A stretch of DNA of 63,804 bases, counting the filler, from Octopus bimaculoides (Eukaryota), in the NCBI RefSeq assembly GCF_001194135.2. It is 7 parts of 7 records of this genome, joined end to end, with 100 filler letters (N's around TTAATTAATTAA, not from the genome) between each part and the next. Parts side by side here need not be neighbours in the genome. Positions count along the whole stretch, not along the records: positions 46,242 to 58,699 come from NC_068985.1; positions 58,800 to 62,141 come from NW_026411427.1; positions 62,242 to 63,804 come from NW_026382149.1; 4 more parts are not named here. One strand, given 5' to 3'. Below the pieces are notes generated by a model. That model had not been told where the DNA came from. It worked only from the letters and a program-made list of their open reading frames with translations, and searched no databases. A program made the position numbers and the translations under genes. How positions within the stretch are numbered: the stretch's first letter is position 1; every line of letters begins with the position of its first letter. This document shows, piece by piece, positions 55,550 to 63,804 of this stretch.

Positions 55550-55863
55550 CAGTGGTTCCCAAACATTTTCAGGTTGCTGACCCCTTCACACTCAGACCAC
55601 ATTCCTAGCACATTCACCCCAACCAACCGTCACAAATATAGACCTCTTTCTGAAGCAAATTCAAAGCAACTGTATCTCACAAATAAAACTTAACTTAATG
55701 AACCCATTATTTTGTTGTTTTTACATGAATCACTACCCCATTATCCCCCCACTTTTTATCTGAATCGCTATCCCATTATCACCCCACTGTCTTCAACACC
55801 CCCTTGGAACTTTCCACCACCTCCAGTGGGAGGGGGTGATACCACCCACTTTGGGAACCACTG
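55550..55863. mobile_element. hAT-superfamily MITE (314 bp)
   Basis: Perfect 14-bp TIRs CAGTGGTTCCCAAA / TTTGGGAACCACTG and a perfect 8-bp TSD TTTTAGAA (55542-49, 55864-71). Confidence 0.92.
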
Positions 55864-56814
55864 TTTTAGAACATCAAGTGCTACACTAGATATAGGTTTA
55901 TGATTTTGACTACATTTTTTTTGTAGCTTCATTATTTACATATGTTCACAAGTGTGATTGATTTTACAGTTTGTAGTTTTTTTTAATCCTAACTGTTTCG
56001 ATTTACATTTTAAAAAATACATATACTTTGAGTTTCATTTGTTCACCCACAGTTCTGTATGTAGTTCAATTTAAAACGAATTAGTTACCAGAAAATTGAC
56101 ATTTCATGTTATTATGTGTTGGGGGTGAAAAATATTTATCAAACATTTTCTAGGGGTGCAAGTTTGGGAACCTCTGCCTCAACCCCTTTGTGATCATATT
56201 TCTTACGAAATACACTGTCAAGAGTAGTGCTCCTGACTCTTAACAAGACACGACTCACTAAGACTTGTAAGAGAGAGGACAATATCCTCAAAACAAGAAA
56301 CAACAAACAACCACCACCAAGAACATAGAAAAACATGGTAAATAACTGTAGCAACTTGAAACACTTGCAACTACTAATATCACTGGTGAGGTTTATTAAA
56401 AATGAAATATGCCAGAAGTCATCTCCACCACTACTGAAGATCAGACCACTCCCCATTGCAATTTGAATATAAATTTCAGAGTTTTCTCCCTTTGCCTATA
56501 TTAATGAGAAGTGTCATTCATGCTAATGGCATTTTTCATTTCAGGTGTAATTATAATTGATTAAAAATAATTTTTTGCTTACCAAGTTTTTTTCTCTGCA
56601 GAAACTCCTGGTAAATATTCAATGTCACATCTCTCTCTCTCTCTCTCTCTCATACACATGCTCTTATTCTCCCTCTTTCTCTCTCTCTTTCTTTCTCTTA
56701 TACACAGACATGATACACTTGCTGCTCACTCTTTCTGCTCAATTGTTTTCAAAATTTACTAACATCATCAATCCTTAACTATCATCATATTTATTTTTAA
56801 ATATTATCTTTTTT

Positions 56815-56990
56815 ACGTTATTTACATTTGACAGATATTTGTCCTCTTCTTGTTTGTTGTTAACACAACGTTTCGGCTGATACACCCTCCAGCCTTCATC
56901 AGATGTCTTGGAGAAATTTCGAACCTGTGTTCTCATTCCTAAGGTATTTTTCGATGTTATTATTATCATCATCATCATTATTATTATTAC

Positions 56991-57022
<32 letters not shown>

Positions 57023-57085
57023 TCACTGCTTGGAATCGAACTCAGAATCTTGGGGTTAGTAGCCCGCGCTCTTGCCCACAGGCAT
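56815..57085 (-). mobile_element. tRNA-derived SINE-like element with (AAT)n spacer and 3' hammerhead
   Basis: tRNA-like head with B-box GAGTTCGATTCC at 57032-57043, an (AAT/GAT)n tract at about 56958-57017, then the hammerhead and an AT-rich tail. Confidence 0.65.
56862..56907 (-). ncRNA. Minimal hammerhead ribozyme motif (Penelope/retrozyme type) inside a tRNA-headed repeat
   Basis: Minus strand: GACAT-CTGATGA-A-GGCTG-GAGGGTGTAT-CAGCC-GAAA-CGTT-GTGTT. Stem II has 5 perfect pairs, stem III is the short palindrome AACGTT, and stem I GACAT/GTGTT has two G-U pairs. Confidence 0.7.
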
Positions 57086-57526
57086 ATAGAACTGTATTAT
57101 CTTATTTAACTCAACATCACCACTATAATATCACTACTACTACCACAACAACAACTTCTGCACCTCCACTATGACCAACATCAGTATTAATATACCATGA
57201 CAACTACACCACTATCACCACCTGCATCATCATCATCATCAACATCATTACTATTATTAACATGCTGTTACATCCTCAGTTTCTCTCCCTCCTTCCTTTC
57301 CCTCACTCCTCATCAAAAGCACCCGACATCTCTCCCCAAAATGAAACATTCCTTTTTAGTCACACCAGTAAAGAGGATAAAGCAAAATTGAGGTATTTCC
57401 TCTTTTAGGGTTCACTGCTCACTTTATACAGTTTAGCTTCATTGAACACAAGCAAGGAGCATTCAAAGATAAATTAAACAAAATTTCCTTCTAGGAGTGG
57501 GTGAGTAAGTGACTTCTTTCTTTCTT

Positions 57527-57569
<43 letters not shown>

Positions 57570-57931
57570 CTAATTTTTCTAAAATTAAATCACGAGTTTA
57601 AGATTATTAAAGAAATATTGTGAGTTAAATTTTTCGCTCCAGATGATGCTGAAAAATAATATTGGAAGCTCTGAATATACTGTGTTGAATAAACATTTTT
57701 TAAAAATTTATTTTATTTTATTCTTGTTCTTATTTCAAATTCTGTAAAAAAAAAAAAAATTTTTTTAACTGTATATTTCATTGAATTCTTAGTTCCTTTA
57801 ATCTATTCCAATTCCCTAAGGCTTATATCTGAAAGTCCCACTTCTCAGAATTTCTTGCTTAAGTAAATTTTTCCTCTGTATTTATAAAAGGCATGCAGGC
57901 ATGCAGGCAAGCAGGTAGATAGATAGTCAGA

Positions 57932-57969
<38 letters not shown>

Positions 57970-58667
57970 ATCATCTTTTTGCCATCTGAAGGATCACACA
58001 GAGCAGGATACTCTGAGTAATGATGAAGTGAATCATATATAGATGGTGCAGGTGTGGCTGTGTGGCAAAAAGCTTGCTTCCAAGCCACATGCTCCAGGTT
58101 CGGTCCCACTGCATAGCAGCTTGGGCAAGTGTCTTCTGCGATAGCCTTGGCCCAACCAAAGCCTGGTAAGTGGATTTGGTGGGCAGAAACTGAAAGGCTA
58201 CTTTCAGTTTCTGTCTACCAAATCCACTATCAGTCTCTTATGCCAAACTACTAAGTTATGGGGATGTAAACACAGCAACACTTATTGTCAAGTGATGGTG
58301 GTAGGGACACCACCAGACACAAAGACATACACACAGAAATATATATATAGATGTCCTATTTAATTACTGATATGACATAATATGTCATATGTGTTTGTAT
58401 ATTGTTTTTATTGTCCTCTTAGTTGAAAAATAAACAGGTAAATTGACATAATACAATGTCTGCAAGTTGATGAATACCACATATTCCCCTCCATTTTCTT
58501 ATTGCTATATAAATTAAGGGTAAAATTTCCTTTTACCCGCACCCATTTATTGCACTTGGTAAAAACACTAGTGTAATAGTAATTGGGTATCCCTCCGGCA
58601 GTATATTGGATTGATATTATTCCTTAGTAGGTTGGATTCACAACCCCTAACTTTCTTGGATTATACA

Positions 58668-58699
<32 letters not shown>

Positions 58700-58800
58700 N
58701 NNNNNNNNNNNNNNNNNNNNNNNNNNNNNNNNNNNNNNNNNNNTTAATTAATTAANNNNNNNNNNNNNNNNNNNNNNNNNNNNNNNNNNNNNNNNNNNNC

Positions 58801-58801
58801 C

Positions 58802-58835
<34 letters not shown>

Positions 58836-58836
58836 G

Positions 58837-58879
<43 letters not shown>

Positions 58880-58880
58880 G

Positions 58881-58923
<43 letters not shown>

Positions 58924-59869
58924 GGATAGATAGATAGACAAAGCATAACGTGGACACATAAAGATATACATGGGAAACAGTTCACGTTTATATTTTCATA
59001 TCTACTATTTATGTTTGCAGTTTTCTCAGTGTTGAAGTTTTCATCGCATCTTTCGTTTAATCAAACTAAATTTAAGTATTTGATGGCATTTTGTTTGTAA
59101 TATATATATACAATAAAATCGGTAAACGATTCCAGCAGTGGCCCTCTCGTAATTTGGTAGTTATCGGGTGGAGGTGGATGCTCGTCGTTCGACGATCAGG
59201 ATTCAGTTATTCGAACAACTGAATTACCTGCTCTCGAATTATTCTGTTGCCGTGTAATCCACTAGTACGTATAGTCTCGGGCAGTATCATTGTGACAGTG
59301 TGTGACAAGTTTATACCGAATAAATTACTGGTACAAGCCACTCAGTGAATTGCTATGGAGTTTCTTTCTACTTAATTTTTTTTTCCAATATATATATAGG
59401 GCGAACAAAGGCTATACAAAATTATATTTACCACACATGCCAACTGTGGAGTCGAAGCCGGGTCCTTGTGGCTGCAAGCTAACTTCTCAACGATTCAGCC
59501 ATTCTGAGCCAACTGTATGTATCTACAACAAATGCACCCCTTACTTCCCAAGGCAGTTGGAGGTGAATCGTGAGGGATATGGTTTCCTATTTCTAGCAAA
59601 TCAAGCGGGTCACACAGACGTACATCGATTGTTCGTAGCAAGGCCCACAACTTCTGTCGCTGAAACGTTCACAGATGTTTCTATAATGACATTATTGGAA
59701 TAGATTCCTGATATATTCTACTGACCCAGAGTGGGGATTAGTCTAAAAACTGAGGAAACATTCATTAACCTCACAAGCACTTCGTCGTTCTTTATAGTAA
59801 GCTGGTTGGTACCTATTACATGATAGTACTTCTTACATGATAACTCTTTACATCAAGAGAATAGGCAAG

Positions 59870-59944
<75 letters not shown>

Positions 59945-60080
59945 AAGACAAAGTATAACTTAGGTATATTAAAATATACAAGTGAAACAATTCGCGTTTA
60001 TGTTCTTCCATATCTACTATTAATGTTTACAATTTTTCCTGTGTATAGAAATTTTCATCGTATTCTTCGTTTAGATGTTA
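58801..60080. repeat. Old diverged local duplication: (GATA)n plus about 150 bp of unique sequence, two copies
   Basis: 58940-59080 (CAAAGCATAAC..GAAACAGTTCACGTTTAT..CATATCTACTATT..TTTTCATCGCATCTTTCGTTTA) matches 59947-60072 (CAAAGTATAAC..GAAACAATTCGCGTTTAT..CATATCTACTATT..TTTTCATCGTATTCTTCGTTTA). Confidence 0.7.
59130..59500 (-). mobile_element. Old SINE related to the element at 1-273
   Basis: Shares CTTGTCACACACTGT..CCCGAGA.. with 1-60 and has a degenerate tRNA-like head at about 59420-59500. Confidence 0.55.
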
Positions 60081-60213
60081 CTAATAACGTTTGATTAGTA
60101 ACTGTTCACTTTTGGAAAGTCTTCTGAGAGTTGACCATAGATATCCATGCCACCAATTATAAAATGGATACTCAATGATATCAGAAAATAGAGTTATTTC
60201 GTTAAAAGTACTG

Positions 60214-60285
60214 TGCCCCACATGTATCAAACTTACGACCTTCAAATACGCTGCTTTGAATATGTGCTGACGCGCTACTCAGTCA
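60214..60285 (-). pseudogene. Degenerate tRNA-Met(CAT)-like pseudogene with a 13-nt insertion at the intron position
   Basis: Minus strand reads GTAGCGCGTCAGCACATA[ttcaaagcagcgt]ATTTGAAGGTCGTAAGTTTGATACATGTGGGGCA. It aligns to tRNA-Met(e), but the T-arm and anticodon stem are damaged. Confidence 0.65.
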
Positions 60286-62073
60286 TTCGTTAGACCTGTC
60301 TTAAATTTCATTGTATAAGCTCTATAACTTTTTGACTAATTTCCTCATCTACTTTATTGGTATAATTCATCTTACTGTCATCTAATTCTCCGTGTCTGCC
60401 TCTCTTCTATGAAACATTACACGTGAGAAAATTATGTAATTAACTCGATAAGTTTTAGTTCAATACCTACTTTGTCATTACAGTGCAAGGGAGATAAATT
60501 TTCTTCCTGGGTGAGCATATGAAATATATAATTTTGCTTTTATTCCCGATAATGCTTTTATTATATGGTTACTAAAGGCGGTGAGCTGACTGAAAAGTTA
60601 GCATGCTGGGCGAAATGCTTAGCGGTATTTCGTCTGTCTTTACGTTCTGATTTAAAATTCCGCCGAGGTCGACTTTGCCTTCTCATTCTTTCGGAGTTCG
60701 ATAAATTAAGTACCAATTGTTGCGTACTGAGGTTGATCTAATCGACTGGCCTCCTCCCCACAAAAAAATTTCGGGCCTTGCGTCTAGAGTAGAAAAGATT
60801 ATATGGTCTCTTATTTCGTTGTTTAATTAATTATATATTTACCTCTTTAATGCAATTAAATACCACAAGGCATTACAAAAATAAATATATTCTAACTATA
60901 TAAGTTAAATCTCGGTTGCTACATGACAGAAACTGAGNNNNNNNNNNNNNNNNNNNNNNNNNNNNNNNNNNNNNNNNNNNNNNNNNNNNNNNNNNNNNNN
61001 NNNNNNNNNNNNNNNNNNNNNNNNNNNNNNNNNNNNNNNNNNNNNNNNNNNNNNNNNNNNNNNNNNNNNNNNNNNNNNNNNNNNNNNNNNNNNNNNNNNN
61101 NNNNNNNNNNNNNNNNNNNNNNNNNNNNNNNNNNNNNNNNNNNNNNNNNNNNNNNNNNNNNNNNNNNNNNNNNNNNNNNNNNNNNNNNNNNNNNNNNNNN
61201 NNNNNNNNNNNNNNNNNNNNNNNNNNNNNNNNNNNNNNNNNNNNNNNNNNNNNNNNNNNNNNNNNNNNNNNNNNNNNNNNNNNNNNNNNNNNNNNNNNNN
61301 NNNNNNNNNNNNNNNNNNNNNNNNNNNNNNNNNNNNNNNNNNNNNNNNNNNNNNNNNNNNNNNNNNNNNNNNNNNNNNNNNNNNNNNNNNNNNNNNNNNN
61401 NNNNNNNNNNNNNNNNNNNNNNNNNNNNNNNNNNNNNNNNNNNNNNNNNNNNNNNNNNNNNNNNNNNNNNNNNNNNNNNNNNNNNNNNNNNNNNNNNNNN
61501 NNNNNNNNNNNNNNNNNNNNNNNNNNNNNNNNNNNNNNNNNNNNNNNNNNNNNNNNNNNNNNNNNNNNNNNNNNNNNNNNNNNNNNATATATATATATAT
61601 ATACACACACACATACACACACACACATATATACGACAGGCTTCTTTCAGTTTCCGTCTACCAAATCCACTCACAAGGCTTTGGTCGGCCCGAGGCTATA
61701 GTAGAAGACGCTTGCCCAAGGTGCTACGCAGTGGGAATGAACTCGGAACCATGCGGTTGGTAAGCAAGCTACTTACCACACAGCCACTCCTGCATCATAA
61801 ATTTTTCCAATATCGTTCGATAAGCTGAAGAAAAAAAAGTTATTTTATAGTTCACGGTTAGCAACTAGGATTACTGTGTATGCGAATATAAAAATCCAAA
61901 GTTGGGAAATGGTGTGGATAAAATCCACACTATATGTGTTCCCTGGCTAGCAGAACCTCGGAAGTAGTAATTACTCAAACGAGATGTACTGCGCTAGCTA
62001 CTCACCAGTATTTATAAAACTTCTATTTATAAAACAAACTCTCTGTGGCATAAGTTATTCAAAATAAATTATG

Positions 62074-62141
62074 TGCCCCAGGTGAGGATCGAACTCACGA
62101 CCTTCAGATTCCTAGACATGTTTAGTTTGATTATGAGACTG
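62074..62141 (-). tRNA. tRNA-Met-CAT: Elongator tRNA-Met(CAT) with a 22-nt intron (62110-62131); 5' part lost in the N gap
   Basis: Minus strand reads CAGTCTCATA[atcaaactaaacatgtctagga]ATCTGAAGGTCGTGAGTTCGATCCTCACCTGGGGCA. Without the bracket it matches the 3' half of eukaryotic tRNA-Met(e), differing only in the acceptor stem. The B-box is intact and TTTATTTT follows downstream as a possible Pol III terminator. Confidence 0.85.
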
Positions 62142-62241
62142 NNNNNNNNNNNNNNNNNNNNNNNNNNNNNNNNNNNNNNNNNNNNTTAATTAATTAANNN
62201 NNNNNNNNNNNNNNNNNNNNNNNNNNNNNNNNNNNNNNNNN

Positions 62242-62275
<34 letters not shown>

Positions 62276-62439
62276 CATACATACATACATACATACATAC
62301 ATACATACATTCATACATACATACATACATACATACATACATACATACATACATAAACATAAATATATATATACTTTGATAACTTTGATAGGTTTTGGCT
62401 AGTGTAGGTCCAGGCCATGTCTAACTGAATACCACCACC

Positions 62440-62870
62440 CGGTGAAGTCTTTAATCATATATGGAGCACCATGGCCTACTCTATCGAAGAGTTATTATTG
62501 TTGGAGAGATATCCGGGTGTAGGAGGTTGGTCTGGGATTTTTTGAAGAATTTTGTCTAGTGAACGTTTGAATTTTATGGGATCCATTTCCGTTTTGACAT
62601 ATTTTGGTATGGTATTAAAGAGAGCTGGACCAGTTGAGGTAAAGTCGTTGTGACGTAATGTTGTTATGTGTCCTGTGTTTGATTTTTGTAGTGGGCGGAT
62701 AGCACGGGGGCCAAGTTTTGGATGGATTTGAAATTGATGCCAATATCATTTGTGCAATATTGATGGAATAATTGTTAAATCACACAAATGATGAAGAGCT
62801 CCCGGCGACGTTGGAGAGCGTAGAAATTGAGCTTTTTAATCGACCTCAATAGCCAATGCCTCTGACGTCG
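62440..62870 (-). mobile_element. CR1/L2-clade LINE 3' fragment
   Basis: With frameshifts: KKLNFYALQRRRE..GPALFNTIPKYVK..FKRSLDKILQKIPDQPPTPGY..NNS, a typical CR1/L2-group C-terminus. Confidence 0.7.
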
Positions 62871-62963
62871 CTTGTTCGACTAAAGGCGGCGTTCCAGCAT
62901 GGCCGCAATCAAATGACTGAAACAAGTAAAAATTAAAAGAATAATAAATACATACATACACAC

Positions 62964-63026
<63 letters not shown>

Positions 63027-63101
63027 TGTATTCAATATATAGATATGAGTGTGCAGGGATACATGTATGTGCGTATGTGCGTGTGTGTGAGCGCGCATAT
63101 A

Positions 63102-63804
63102 TTAGTCATCCCATAAGTTCCGTCATTCAATTTAATACTATTAAATTGAATGAAATTTAATAGTATTTTAGAATGTCTAATTGGAATTTAAAATTATTTT
63201 TATGCATGTGTGTAAATTTAAACTAATTAGATATTATTTTACAGAATAATAGAATTAAAATTTCTTTGATTAAAACCCTTTCTAACTTGGAAGTATCCAA
63301 AGAGCATTTGAGGCACATGAAGCTTTATGAGTACAAAAAAGGAAACTCTGCAGCCGAAGCGACTCGAAATATACACTCAATTTATGGGAAAGAATGCTTG
63401 AATGAAAGAACTTGCAGAAGATGGTTTGCAAAATTAAGAGGTGGAGATTTCAGCCTTGAAGATGAAAATCGAACAGGACGTCCAGTTGAGGTTGATGGTA
63501 AGCTCCTGGAAGCATTACTTGAAGAAAATCCTGCATTATCAGTTGAAGAATTGGCAATAAAGCTTAGTTCAAACCATACAACTGTTCATCGTCATCTTCA
63601 ACAACTTGGAAAGGTTCCTAAACTTGGAAAATGGGTGCCTCATGAATTGTCCCAAAACAACCGCAAATCTCCAGTTGACATCAGCTCTTCTCTCCATTCT
63701 CACGAACTCATTTCACCCTTTTTGGATAGACTTGTAACTGGTGACGAAAAAATGGATCTTCTATCGAAATGTTAAACGTCGTAAACAGTTGTTTAGTAAA
63801 AGGG
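63102..63804 (+). mobile_element. Mariner transposon, 5' part (frameshifted; runs off the window)
   Basis: TIR-like TTAGTCATCCCATAAGTTCCG at 63102. ORF EVSKEHLRH..KKGNSAAEATRNI..RTCRRWFAK..GRP..WVPHEL..LVTGDEK, then a +1 A insertion before WIFYRNVKR. The start codon appears mutated to TTG. Confidence 0.92.

Noticed and set aside
56139-56456. 105-aa minus-strand ORF with a hydrophobic stretch and an internal gtaaga donor, as a possible Cav3 exon
   Set aside because: It does not align with any Cav3 transmembrane segment, and the hydrophobicity comes from GT-rich low complexity.
57409-57500. Plus-strand segment with a strong acceptor and a gtgagt donor
   Set aside because: Stops in all three frames. 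A non-coding exon cannot be excluded but is unsupported.
59110-59330. CpG-rich structured-looking segment as a possible snRNA or other ncRNA
   Set aside because: It is the diverged body of the SINE family seen at 1-273.

Overview
AT-rich, microsatellite-saturated animal genomic DNA, most likely an Octopus species (inferred from the SINE families and repeat composition). It has many N gaps and six artificial N-TTAATTAATTAA-N linkers, so the window is about seven joined pieces whose adjacency is not guaranteed. Nearly all ORF-track entries are microsatellite or N artefacts. The only confidently identified protein-coding sequence is one 156-nt exon (27624-27779, minus) of a T-type calcium channel (Cav3), encoding the domain II pore loop and S6. 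The rest is mostly mobile DNA: several tRNA-derived SINE families, decayed LINEs (RTE, R4/Dong-like RLE, CR1/L2), a Penelope-like GIY-YIG remnant, two mariner transposons, and hAT, piggyBac-like and foldback MITEs. The most interesting observations are: (1) hammerhead-ribozyme motifs in four unrelated repeat contexts, including a near-complete type I motif at 6667-6717 and a tRNA-headed SINE carrying a hammerhead at about 56815-57085; (2) an elongator tRNA-Met(CAT) gene with a canonical-position intron, plus a pseudogene with a different insertion at the same site; (3) a phase-consistent five-exon candidate gene of unknown identity at 4380-9581 (minus); (4) a small TIR-bounded element carrying telomere-type repeats; (5) segment-level differences in CpG decay. 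All of this was read by eye; no database searches or folding programs were run.
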